Notes under the pieces: model-generated | What the model saw: the letters and a program-made list of their open reading frames with translations, nothing else | The model's database searches: none | Told to the model about the DNA's origin: nothing | Shown: piece after piece, positions 12,751 to 23,864 of the stretch | Position numbering within the stretch: the first letter of the stretch is position 1 | Layout: each line of letters starts with the position of its first letter | Source: Phallusia mammillata | Lineage: Eukaryota | NCBI GenBank assembly: GCA_965637545.1 | Contig: OZ281496.1 | Coordinates: 13,888,001 to 13,952,000, forward strand | DNA: 64,000 bases | Direction of reading: 5' to 3' | Program-made: the position numbers and the translations under genes

Positions 12751-14294
12751 AATTAAAGAAATATTTCTATTTGCTTTAGTCTGCAGGATATCTTCAAGTG
12801 GTTGACAAGCGAATCGCAGCGAGCTACTGAGCAATTTACGCTCGTGGGCTTCGCATTGTATTCTGCTCACTCTTTGCCTAAGCGTTATTTGCATTCTTGC
12901 ATTGTTTAATTACAGCATTAGTTACGCTTAAAGTCTCGTTTTCCTTGTTGCCTTCCTCAGTTGTAGTTTTCACGTTTAATTGTTTAAACATTATTACGTT
13001 TATGTAGTTAATTACTTCACAATTCATTACAAAAATTGATGAAATGGTGAGTGAAGGTGTATGTAATATTGGGGAGATCATGAGATGCTTAATTCTACAG
13101 GGCATTTACAAAACGTAAACTGGCTAAAATGGATAAAACAAATGTCCAATGTTCGGTTGATGAGTTGGTCAAATTTTTTAAATCAATACAAAACAATGCA
13201 GCGTTCAGTGTGTAAGCTAAGAACAAGTGGGTGGACGCTTTACACTTTTATTTTAACATTATTTGTTTCGTAGAAGCTGATGCATTTTTTGTGTGTATAT
13301 AACGTGGCAGAGTAAGGTGTGGTATTGCTGCTTTCGGTGATTTGTTTGTACTGTAACTAAGCAATATGGCTTAAAAAACGGTTGTGCAAAGTAGTTTTTA
13401 AAGTTTACATGGGAACTACACATCCACTGATCTCTATAAACACTGGATTGCGCTACTGGCCGTCACGGTTGAAGCAAATTGAAGCGTAATGGCGGCTGAA
13501 AAATAACCCCCAAAAATGCATTGCAGGCAATGGGGAGAGAGTGGAAAAATGATAAGAATTTTTGTTTTAGGCATTTGTATAGCGATTTTTGCAGATATGA
13601 TTTGTAGATTAATAGGACGCATGTATTCGGGTGTGTAATAACCTATAAATATGCGTAGATTGACTGTAATGTGCATTAGTGTAGGTGTACTGGATATACG
13701 TTATTAAGTTAGTGTTAAAATAAATCATTACTAAGTGGCAAAATAAGTGGTTTGCGTGCTTTTTTGAGTATTTTAGACATGAATCTAACAAGATGGCTAC
13801 TTCCTTCCGGATTTGGGTCATGTGATATTTGGAAGTGAAAAACGTGACGCAGCAAAATTGCTTGGAATTTTTTTAGGCCATCTCATTCAGGTGGTTTGAA
13901 CTTAGTTTAGGCCATGTTTTTGTTGTGAACCGTTTACATGTATTGCAAGCTTGAAAATGCCGAACAGCGCATTTATATTCGAAAGTCGAGTTAAAACATT
14001 ATATTAGAGCTTAATTTGGAACTGAGAAGTACTTTTGCCAACGGATGTATATTGCTGGCATTCAGTATAGTGATTTGATAGGCATTGCAGTAGATGTATG
14101 CATACAAATATTAACAGAACTGAATAATAAGTTGTGCAGCCTGTACGCCATGAATTATCTAAGAGCAAGATTCAGCACCCTAAAATCAAGTTTTGTTTCT
14201 GTTGGCAATGTCAGGAAAAGCTGATCATACTTAATTTTATAAGATACAGGTGAGTTAAATTACTCAAAACATTTTGTAAACTACATTTTAAATC

Positions 14295-15899
14295 TTAGTT
14301 ATTGAGTGAAACAAGTTCCAGCACTTTTGCTATTTCAACATAGTTTGCATGAAATTCCTTGGCAGGCAACATAGCCGCATATATGCCGTAGCACTTGCAG
14401 TCCAGGTCTTGCTTCAATTCTAAAACTTGTCCGTGTGTTGTGAACTTGCGCTGTTTATAAACCATGCTCTTATGACTACCATGATTGCCACACAAAGCAC
14501 ACATTTCGCAAGGGCTCGACTGGCCGACGGGCTGTTTTGACGCATGGGCCAAGCTTCTGTAATTAGTCAGAAGGTTCCCCAGGGTACTTGCTCTTTTATA
14601 AACTACAGTCGCAGAAAGTTGTAAGTCCCTTTTCTTAGCTGTTAGCTTCAAGGCCTGTGGGAAAGCTGTACCCCAAGCTATCCTTGGTTTGCGGGATCGA
14701 CAAGTTGGTGACGCGAACCGTTTCATCCAAGTTTTCGAAACACTTAAACACTGTTCTGTAATGCGTTCGGGAAACGCAGAACTTTGGCACTTTTCCCTGA
14801 GTCGTTCCAGACTGGTGAAATAGTCTTTGTCCAACTCATTCAGCCTTCTTAATCTGCTGGCCTCACCCAACACAATGCCCCGCAATACATGTGAAGGGTG
14901 ATGGGAAGTTCCGTGCAGGAAGCAACGGTGTTTGCTTGTTTCTTTCACGTGGTCTTTGGTGACGAAATGTAACTTTGTAACACTTAAATAGCAGTGCAAA
15001 ACATCAAGAAATTCCACACTCCCTTTCCGATCTCTATTGGAAAATTCCCGAAATGTGAGCTTTAAACCGGATTTGTGAAAAGCAGCTTGCAACGCTGACT
15101 TTATTTCCTTGGTGGCTTCCCGTCCAAACGAAATCCACAGAATATCGTCGATGTACCTTTTAAATATCTCAGCTTTTCTTATTGCTGGGGCGACCGACTC
15201 CACAACATAGTGCATAGCTATGTTGGCTAGGGAAACAGAATGGTTCTCACCGGTGGCAATGCCCTCTTTCTGTTTGTATGCCTTTCCGCCGTACTGTATA
15301 ATTGCATTATTTATCGTAAATATTAGAAATTCGACAATGCACTTACGAGCCGTGGTCGGGATCGCAGTGTGACGACGAAGGGCTCGAGAAAGATACTTCG
15401 TTATCAAATCTCTAGGGATGTTAGGATAAAGTCCGACAACATCTGCAGCCGCAATAAATAGTTCTGGTGTTTCTTGATGCAACTGACTAGTTTGCAACTG
15501 CCACGCAACCAATGCTTTAAGATAGTCTTGAGTGTCCTTGCAGTATTCATTGACACATTTGGTACAGTAATCTATGCAAATTGGCTTAAGCAAAGATTCT
15601 AAAAACATTGTACAGCGAGAGAGGTAGGTATTCCCTGCTGCTTGTACTAGTCTGACCGGGATCTCTAAAGCTGTCACTTCCTTTAGGACATCCTTTCGCA
15701 GTTTGTGAGTTTTAAACAGCGGATATACATATGCTGGGTTGGTATTGGCGAAGTGCTTTGCAGTGGGGCCCGGAACCTTGTGGAACCGACTACTCGACTG
15801 TTTGACGCCAACCGTACTAAAAAGCATTACAGAACAGTGTTTAAGTGTTTCGAAAACTTGGATGAAACGGTTCGCGTCACCAACTTGTCGATCCCGCAA
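14295..15899 (-). CDS. Penelope-like reverse transcriptase (5'- and 3'-truncated; ORF ends in flanking DNA)
   Basis: Motifs YPLFKTHK, PVRLV, ADVVGLYPNIP, GIATGENHS, YIDD, VEFLDV, SHHPSHV, and linker CxxCxxC (CEMCALC). Element sequence stops at CYGIYAA. Confidence 0.88.
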   Translation of the reverse strand: MRDRQVGDANRFIQVFETLKHCSVMLFSTVGVKQSSSRFHKVPGPTAKHFANTNPAYVYPLFKTHKLRKDVLKEVTALEIPVRLVQAAGNTYLSRCTMFLESLLKPICIDYCTKCVNEYCKDTQDYLKALVAWQLQTSQLHQETPELFIAAADVVGLYPNIPRDLITKYLSRALRRHTAIPTTARKCIVEFLIFTINNAIIQYGGKAYKQKEGIATGENHSVSLANIAMHYVVESVAPAIRKAEIFKRYIDDILWISFGREATKEIKSALQAAFHKSGLKLTFREFSNRDRKGSVEFLDVLHCYLSVTKLHFVTKDHVKETSKHRCFLHGTSHHPSHVLRGIVLGEASRLRRLNELDKDYFTSLERLREKCQSSAFPERITEQCLSVSKTWMKRFASPTCRSRKPRIAWGTAFPQALKLTAKKRDLQLSATVVYKRASTLGNLLTNYRSLAHASKQPVGQSSPCEMCALCGNHGSHKSMVYKQRKFTTHGQVLELKQDLDCKCYGIYAAMLPAKEFHANYVEIAKVLELVSLNN

Positions 15900-16526
15900 A
15901 CCAAGGATAGCTTGGGGTACAGCTTTCCCACAGGCCTTAAAGTTAACAGCTAAGGAAAGGGACTTACAACTTTCTGCGACTGTAGTTTATAAAAGAGCAA
16001 GTACCCTGGGGAACCTCCTGACTAATTACAGAAGCTTGGCCCATGCGTCAAAACAGCCCGTCGGCCAGTCGCGCCCTTGCGAAAAGTGTGCTTTGTGTGG
16101 CAATCATGGTAGTCATAAGAGCATTGTTTATAAACAGCGCAAGGTCACAACACACGGACAAGTTTTAGAATTGAAGCAAGACCTGGACTGCAAGTGCTAC
16201 GGCATATATGCGGCTACTTGCAACATATGCAGCGCGCAATACATTGGACAAACAAAAAAACGGTTTAGCACCCGTTGGACACATCACAGATCCACATGGA
16301 AAGAACACAAAGTAAATGAGGAAAATGACAATGCAGCATTATTGCACCACTACGCCACAAAACACACAGCAGTTTTTTCAACACACCCCGACATAACACA
16401 ATGTTTTAGCGTAACGTTTCTACAGCAGCCGGCACCTAAAGACCTGGATGCATGTGTACCAAGTGGCTTAAAATAACACAGGCCACTATCAATATTCAAA
16501 AAACGGTTTTACCTAGATTGCGCTGA
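15824..16526 (+). pseudogene. Penelope-like GIY-YIG endonuclease arm, 1-nt frameshift near 16457
   Basis: CYGIYAATCNICSAQYIGQTKKRFSTRWTHH...ALLHHYATKH. The copy at 47917-48705 is in frame to MVLPRLR*. Confidence 0.85.
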
Positions 16527-16782
16527 TCCGCAGAGTTATTTCTAATCTTGCGCGTGTCTGTTGACGTTATCTTTTTCCGTTTTACGCCTCTCACCTTTTC
16601 TCCTTTTTTCCGCCGTTGCGTCTGTTTTTTCGTCCTCGTTACTTTACGCTTTTGTGCTCGTGTAAACTGTGTTAACCAAACTAGACATAAATGCTTTTAG
16701 TGTTTTAAGTTTTTTACTATTTTATTTTGTTTGCTTTTACATCTGTTCTCTTTTAATTTACTTTCGTTGTTTGCAGTTTTTA

Positions 16783-16820
16783 GAGACTGACGATGCCTGA
16801 ATAGGTGAAATATATATCTC
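16783..16820 (+). ncRNA. Minimal type I hammerhead ribozyme in Penelope 3' end
   Basis: GAGA (stem I) - CTGACGA - T - GCCT GAAT AGGT (stem II) - GAAA - TATATA (palindromic stem III, cleavage after 16816) - TCTC (stem I). Confidence 0.75.
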
Positions 16821-16971
16821 GAATATACCAACACATTGTCTAATGATTTTGAGTCAGAAGCACTTGCTTCATTTACTGAAAGAATTTTGACTCAGTGATC
16901 GTGGATATTTACATGCCTACTATTAGAGGGACAGATCCTGTGAATAGCATTTATGTTTACCCAACCTTAAC

Positions 16972-17379
16972 ATGTGTAGCAAAAAGATGTCGGTAATAGA
17001 CGCGATTTCAACGTCAGTAAAAGTCGAAAAACTGACGTCGTTGTTAGACGTCGAAATTCCTAAATTTTGTTGCATTTTCGACTTAAGAATGTATGCAAAA
17101 AGACGTCGGTAATAGACGCGATTTCAACGTCAGTAAAAGTCGAAAAACTGACGTCGTTGTTAGATGTCGAAATTCCAAAATTTTGTTGCATTTTCGACTT
17201 AAGAATGTATGCAAAAAGACGTCGGTAATAGACGCGATTTCAACGTCAGTTAAAGTCAAGAAACTGAAGTCGTTGTTAGACGTCGAAATTCCTAAATTTT
17301 GTTGCATTTTCGACCAAAAAATCTTAGTGGAAACGACGTCTGTTCCGAACCTCATTTCGACGGCGCGGTGCCTGCTGGG
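16972..17379. repeat. 116-bp tandem repeat (about 3 copies) rich in GACGTC, in a probable non-autonomous DNA transposon end
   Basis: Units start at 16985, 17101 and 17217. The element ends in GTGCCTGCTGGG (CCCAGCA-type terminus). The inverted copy at about 47294-47470 has only one unit. Confidence 0.8.
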
Positions 17380-17580
17380 AGGGCCATGTTTTGACTGAAA
17401 GAACAGACAATTCTCCAATGGTTTGAGTAATGCTGGCTCAGGCTGCACATGCTTCCTTTACAAGATACTTAGAATCCAGTAGTACTTATAACTATCATTG
17501 AAAATACTTCTTGAAGGTTGTGATGATATGAATTTTGCAAATAGTGATATGTACATCTTCTGTCTATTTTACTTGTTCTG

Positions 17581-19376
17581 GGGCGGCATTACGAACACAT
17601 CTCGCTAAGTTTAGCGAGCTCGGTATTTACGCACGACCTCGTTAAGTTGAGATTTGGTATTACGAACCCCCGTCTCGCTAACCGGACCTCGCTAAACTCC
17701 TCGCTAACTAACGAGGACTTCAGACCACTCGCTAACGCCAAATTGTTGTTGACAAAGTCAAACAGTCACGTCGGAAATCAATTGTGGCTACGTATTTTGT
17801 TGGTAAATGTTTGTACAAACGAATAAAAAAATGTCGGTTTTAATTTAATTGTAAAATGGCGTTTGCGAAGAATAAGTGTATTGGATTGATGCCATCAATT
17901 CACGAGGATTTACACATTTTCCAGTTAAAATAAATTGCAAAAATTCCGGTAAAAAGTGTCTGATGCCGGAAGAACAAGAAACATTTAAGCCATTGTACCA
18001 ACCGTCCGTGTGGTAGTGACTCAAAATTGTTTACACCCTCCATATTTTCTTTCAACACTCTAGCTATAAGATGAACGTGTCAAGATAGGTTGTTTTTATT
18101 GCTCACAGAAGTTATTTTGTGTTTAATTTATAACATTGTCAAGTATTTTTTTAAGTACTTGTCCGTTTTATAATGTGTCTCAAATCTCTGCCTGCAAACA
18201 CTGCCATTGAGGAACCTCCACAATAAATGCAATGATCTGCATGACAATATTGCCAGATACTGAAGTGATTCCATTTTAATAACATGATTATTCAAACAGC
18301 ATGTACTTGTGTTTATTAGAAACAATGACAGTGTGGCATTACATGAATAAAATTGAAACGAGAAAACAAATAAAACACAAAAATTTTGAACAAATTGACA
18401 AATGAGTTGTTCTAATATTCCTTGCGAGGTAGGTAATACACAGAAACACTAATGCACATAGTACAAACACCATGTACAGTATTAACACTGAACAAAATGT
18501 AATTTTTAAGTGCCTAAGGCTGATTGTACTTTATTCAGCTTTTTAGCAGTCAAATTTGACCTGTAATTTTGGTCACAATGCTACAATTTGGACTTATTTT
18601 GTGTGTGTGTCCAGCAAGCCTCTTTCTGCATCATGGTTTTGGTCTGTCTCTTTGTAATGAGGACACTGGTTCTTATTTTGTTTTAAATCTGTAATTAAAA
18701 ATTAATATGTGATATTGGGATGGTTAATTAAAGATGCAAACCATAAAACCTTATGAAATAAGTTGTACAAAACATGTGTTTAGGCATAATAAAGTTGTCA
18801 TTGTTTCAAACATAAATGAAAATCACCCCAATGTCACCAGTTAGAAATTGTAAATCATTTTATAAAGTGCAAACTTCCGTTAATCACAGATCTTACCGTA
18901 TTATTATGAAGCTCCAACGTTTTCTTTTCACAAAAAATATACCAAAAGATGTTTTGCACCTTTTCTATGATACGAAGCTTTCATTTCAACTGTTGTCCAC
19001 GTTTCAATAAATTCTTGTAATGTTCCTTAATGTTCTTATGCTACTTATAAAATCAAATAAACAACTTCCAAACTCTTCGTAAATTAGGAAATCCAAACAT
19101 TTTGAGGTTATATTGCAAATTTACATAAAAAACAGCATAAATGACAGGCTAAAATTGTTTGTCGCAAGGTGTCGCCTAGCGTGGCGTGACGATTTCGCCG
19201 AGTCAGACGTCTTTTTTCTTACGATTTTGACGCATTCTCTCGTATTTGCGTCAGGCTTTAGCGAGGCGTTTGCGAGGACACTTCGTAATACCAAATACTT
19301 CACCGAGTTCCTCGCTAAAGATTTTTTTACCGAGCTCGGTAAGTTAGCGAGCGAGGAAGTGTTCATAATGCCGCCC
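17581..19376. mobile_element. Non-autonomous PIF/Harbinger-type DNA transposon
   Basis: TIRs GGGCGGCATTACGAACAC / GTGTTCATAATGCCGCCC; 3-bp TSD CTG, confirmed by the empty site at 47093-47095; repeated CTCGCTAA subterminal motifs. Confidence 0.85.
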
Positions 19377-19873
19377 CTGGTGCATTAACTGTTACTGAAT
19401 ACTTCATTGAAAACATTTGCAGAGGTTTAACTATATTCTATCATTTCTGTGCATTGACTGTGTAATAAAATCACTAGTAGTAGTTTAAAAACAGCGCAAA
19501 TTTTTGTATTGAAAACAGACAAGATAGAGTCACAGTATTAACGCAATCACTCCATTTGCATACATAAACAGAATCATCAACTGGTTTGCTGAAGAAGTAC
19601 TTGTAAGTGATTAAACAAGGAAAGAATGCAGAGAAGCACACACAAATGATCAAACACAATTAAAACATTATAACTCTGTAAGGTTAAAAAAGGCTTTAAA
19701 AAATTGATTGGTAACATAAAATAAGTAAGTCTTACCAAGCACAGTGCATACAGGTCCTTCTTGGTTGCAGGTTGATATAACTTGTTCATCATTTAAACTT
19801 CCTAATACATCAAACTATGTCCTAGTATTAAACTGCTTTTTTAAATAACAGCATCAACTTTCTACACGTAGAA

Positions 19874-20152
19874 GAGTGGTTCTCAAACTTTTTAAGCATG
19901 CAGCACATTAAAAAACAAAAATTTCCTTCCGCGGCACACTTTGCACGTAAAAATAACCAAAGTTATTTAAGGAATGTTAATTTTCAACTTTGTTGTGGTG
20001 GGTAATGATGCTTTTCATTATTAATAACAAAATTATATGCTTTAAAACGTTGACATGCACACCAGTATTTCGTCATGAAGACATAAAACCCCAAGAAATG
20101 TTTGCATATTCAAATAGGAAATATTTCGCGGCACACGGTTTTAGAATCACTG
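19874..20152. mobile_element. hAT MITE
   Basis: Termini GAGTGGTTCTCAAAC / GTTTTAGAATCACTG; 8-bp TSD ACGTAGAA / ATGTAGAA. Mirrored at about 46320-46598. Confidence 0.7.
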
Positions 20153-20746
20153 ATGTAGAAGCTAACTTTCACACCTTTTTTTTATCCTACTTCACTTAAG
20201 TCAGCTTTAGATGTAGAAGTTAATTGCAGCACGGTTTTGTAGTTTTTGTAACTTTCCAAGGCTAGTTTTTCTGTGCTTCGTTTAAGTCCTGAACCTCGTG
20301 AGGCAGGCAACAGATCGTTTAGTGTTGCCAGGTCAAATTGCGGAAAAGCGCAACTATACCCGTCAAAAGGATCCCAAATTTACAAACACCTGAAATGCAA
20401 CTGATTTTCACTACTACCTTTGTGTGACAATTATTAAGGTTACTTCTTTTCAGATTTAATTTTTGTGCATTTTAAAATTGAATTTGATCTGTTTCCAGTA
20501 CCACTTTACTGAACAGACTCTGAACTGAACCCACTGTTTACCTTCTTTTATGCTGTTTTTTGTTTAATTTTTTAATCTCCACTTTAAAACAAACATGTTT
20601 CGTATTTGTAACGCAGCCCCCTTAGAAAAGTGGCCAGCTTCTTCGGACAGCGTAACAGGTCACCTCTGCAATCTCCGTTCTTACTGCATCGTTGGTAACC
20701 AGAACACCGACAGACACCATGAAATGCTTTAATCGGCGAATACAAT

Positions 20747-23700
20747 TGTAGCGCTACTATTTCTGCGCCTAAGGTTCAGGACGCTGCTCTAACGGCTAGC
20801 CGGTAAAACCAATAACTAGACCGCGCGCTACTCTTACTTTTTGCAAAACAGTAACAAAATATGCAATATATCCTTTGTTCTTATTATACAAGCGGAGTAA
20901 AATAAGCACGGTTCTCGACAACACAATCGGGCTAACGTAGCACTTAAAAAACACGATGTAAAAACGGACAAATAGATAAAAGATCTCACAAGCCAAGAAG
21001 CACGTTCTACCAAGGCCGACCAACCAAGTCTCCCCGATCACATTTTCACAGCCCTCACGTTAGGGAGCCAGCCACGAGGAAAAGTCAGCAGTTGATCTTG
21101 GGGCAAATTAAGCAAAGTCCCGAAGATGTTTGTAATTAGGGACACGCGCAGGAATGCCAAGCCAACACGGTGGGTTGCATTCGAAACGAAATAGGAAATA
21201 AAACAAAATGAAAGTCTGTTATGAGAAACAAATATACGCAAGGTAGGTTGAGAAACCTACGTAAAAAAACAACACCAATGGTGAAACACAAACAGAAAAG
21301 ATGAATAACATATAGTGACAGTGCAACAATCAAACATAGTGCCGGGACAGAAAACGAATAAACAAAGGTAATAATGTGCGCAACATATGAAAATGAATCG
21401 CGTATGAACGTATGTCGACGAACCAACAAACCAAAGCAATAACAAAACTGTTCAATAAACCAATAAATCATATTACGAGAAAAGGAAAACACATAGTGAC
21501 AAAACAACAAACTAAGCAAGTGGCAAAACAGTGCAGTAAAGAAAGTTGTAATTTTATTCGTAACACACACCCCTTCCCGCGTCGTTGCACTCCCGGGCAA
21601 CAAAACATTGTTTCGTACAATGTATTCTTTGCGTGCGTGCCTTGATGGGAACTTTATCGGTATGTCACCTTGTGCTTCTCCCGTAATCGGCAGCGTTACG
21701 GAGCACGGTACGATAGGCAAGGCGATCCTTTGCTCTACCGGTTTGTGTCGGTCCCGTTCATCGTCGTCATCCCACTTGGCACTGTTGGACACCAGTCTAT
21801 TAAAATGGACCGTTTCCTGTCGGCCAGCGGCGTCTCGTATGACGTAGCGCACTTGTGGCTTGACGTCGATAACGCGAAAGGGACCTTTCAATGACATATG
21901 GACCTTGCGCCGAGTCCCGACTGGTTCAGCAGGATTTCTTAACCACACCACGTCGTCAACCCTATGTGGTTCAACTCTGCACCGGCGTTCCGGGTTACCG
22001 TTTGTGACTTGATTGGTTTCGGACCGGTAGAGCGTCTCACTAATGCTGCCATTTTCCGGGCCGTACTGATGATTTGACTTCGTGTTTTTCGGCTTTTTTC
22101 CTACCCGGGACCACGTTGCACGGCGCCTCGTCGAGCTTCGAACAACTGAGACAAATTCTTTGCTTGTTTGTCTGCACAGCCTCGCCAATGTACAATTTCG
22201 AACCAGATGTCCTTGCGAACCACATGCAAAACATTTACGTATGGTAGGCCTACCGTTGCTTGTTGGTACAGTGCGATTGTACCCTTTAGCTTTCGTACAT
22301 ACGTCGGCCCGAAACTGGTATATGTCCGAGCGCATGACGTCTAACTCGCGTCTGAACGACGACATACACTGCTGGAGGTTGGCGTCAATCCGCTGAAGAG
22401 TATCTCGGACCTCGTGGATCTCCTGTCGCTTTTCCAACCCTGAAACTGGAAAACACACCAAAGGGTCTCTGGTCCCTGCACGTATGACCATCTTAGCTGC
22501 GGCGACAAATTCTCGAGTCTTTACTTTGCGCACTACATCAGTTGCCAAACTCCGGTCAGATAGACCCTTGGCAAGCGCCAAAAACAGCACTTCGTTCTTA
22601 ATGTTGGCATCTTCTGCCTTTGGGTACCCTCTATCGGCCAGGGACTGGAGCGCATATACAAAGGCACGTGGGGATTCGTTCGGTTGTTGTACCCTATCGA
22701 TAAGATCGTGGCGTAGCACTTGGCCATGGTTAAAATCATGTTTTTTTGCCTTAGGCACCAATTCGTCAAAAGAGTATTTATATACGTTCGCGCCATCGGT
22801 TAAGTCCCACAAAAAATCCTTGTCGACGTGCGTAAGCAATAAATGTTTTTTGACTTCCTCTGTCGCTTTCACGCATGCACAGTATGAATTAAAAACTTCA
22901 ATATAACTATTAAAATCGTCACCGATCACGAATCGGGGCAGGTTCATACACACGTTTAAAGCCATTGCAGGTAAATCAACTTACTTGGTCGGCAGTGAAG
23001 CGCGCGGTCGTGCGCGGCTGCAGCGTCCTGGCGTGCTCGCCAATTTGTAGCGCTACTATTTCTGCGCCTAAGGTTCAGGACGCTGCTCTAACGGCTAGCC
23101 GCTAAAACCAATAACTAGACCGCGCGCTACTCTTACTTTTTGCAAAACAGTAACAAAATATGCAATATATCCTTTGTTCTTATTATACAAGCGGAGTAAA
23201 ATAAGCACGGTTCTCGACAACACAATCGGGCTAACGTAGCACTTAAAAAACACGATGTAAAAACGGACAAATAGATAAAAGATCTCACAAGCCAAGAAGC
23301 ACGTTCTACCAAGGCCGACCAACCAAGTCTCCCCGATCACATTTTCACAGCCCTCACGTTAGGGAGTCAGCCACGAGGAAAAATCAGCAGTTGTTCTTGG
23401 GGCAAATTAAGCAAAGTCCCGAGGATGTTTGTAATTAGGGAAACGCGCAGGAATGCCAAGCCAACACGGTGGGTTGCATTCGAAACGAAATAGGAAATAA
23501 AACAAAATGAAAGTCTGTTATGAGAAACAAATATACGCAAGGTAGGTTGAGAAACCTACGTAAAAAAACAACACCAATGGTGAAACACAAACAGAAAAGA
23601 CGGATAACATATAGTGACAGTGCAACAATCAAACATAGTGCCGGGACAGAAAACGAATAAACAAAGGTAATAATGTTCGCAACATATGAAAATGAATCGC

Positions 23701-23864
23701 GTATGAACGTATGTCGACGAACCAACAAACCAAAGCAATAACAAAACTGTGCAATAAACCAATAAATCATATTACGAGAAAAGGAAAACACATAGTGACA
23801 AAACAACAAACTAAGCAAGTGGCAAAACAGAGCAGTAAAGAAAGTTGTAATTTTATTCGTAACA
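20747..23864 (-). mobile_element. Non-autonomous gag-only Ty3/Gypsy LTR retrotransposon
   Basis: 819-bp LTRs at 23046-23864 (5') and 20747-21565 (3') with TG...CA ends; 4-bp TSD CAAT; PBS TGGCGAGCACGCCAGGA (resembles the complement of a tRNA-Arg 3' end); PPT GGGAAGGGG; internal region only 1480 bp. Confidence 0.93.
21136..22965 (-). CDS. Gag (capsid + CCHC knuckle) fused in frame to an integrase C-terminal GPY/F module, reading into the 3' LTR
   Basis: RVQQPNESPRAFVYALQSLADRGYP (gag MHR-like), CFACGSQGHLVRNC, and VWLRNP..KGPFRVIDV...VHFNRL. No protease, RT, RNase H or integrase core. Confidence 0.8.
   Translation of the reverse strand: MALNVCMNLPRFVIGDDFNSYIEVFNSYCACVKATEEVKKHLLLTHVDKDFLWDLTDGANVYKYSFDELVPKAKKHDFNHGQVLRHDLIDRVQQPNESPRAFVYALQSLADRGYPKAEDANIKNEVLFLALAKGLSDRSLATDVVRKVKTREFVAAAKMVIRAGTRDPLVCFPVSGLEKRQEIHEVRDTLQRIDANLQQCMSSFRRELDVMRSDIYQFRADVCTKAKGYNRTVPTSNGRPTIRKCFACGSQGHLVRNCTLARLCRQTSKEFVSVVRSSTRRRATWSRVGKKPKNTKSNHQYGPENGSISETLYRSETNQVTNGNPERRCRVEPHRVDDVVWLRNPAEPVGTRRKVHMSLKGPFRVIDVKPQVRYVIRDAAGRQETVHFNRLVSNSAKWDDDDERDRHKPVEQRIALPIVPCSVTLPITGEAQGDIPIKFPSRHARKEYIVRNNVLLPGSATTREGVCVTNKITTFFTALFCHLLSLLFCHYVFSFSRNMIYWFIEQFCYCFGLLVRRHTFIRDSFSYVAHIITFVYSFSVPALCLIVALSLYVIHLFCLCFTIGVVFLRRFLNLPCVYLFLITDFHFVLFPISFRMQPTVLAWHSCACP

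Larger units (their letters stand above)
14372..16830. mobile_element. Penelope-like retroelement (Neptune-like: RT, Cys-rich linker, GIY-YIG), 5'-truncated and inverted head-to-head
   Basis: The minus arm encodes RT. The plus arm 15824-16830 encodes thumb, linker and GIY-YIG, then a T-rich 3' UTR and hammerhead. A 393-bp inverted duplication links 14372-14764 and 15824-16216. Possible TSD CAACA. Confidence 0.92.

Noticed and set aside
14295-16526. Selenocysteine recoding as in Naiad PLEs
   Set aside because: No in-frame TGA within the RT or endonuclease ORFs.
16972-17315. CRISPR-like array
   Set aside because: The units are full-length tandem copies with no unique spacers; eukaryotic context with no cas genes.
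19474-19659. BED-finger-like peptide KYFFSKPVDDSVYVCKWSDC (possible ancient hAT host of the nested insertions)
   Set aside because: Too degenerate to support; no catalytic motifs or termini identified.
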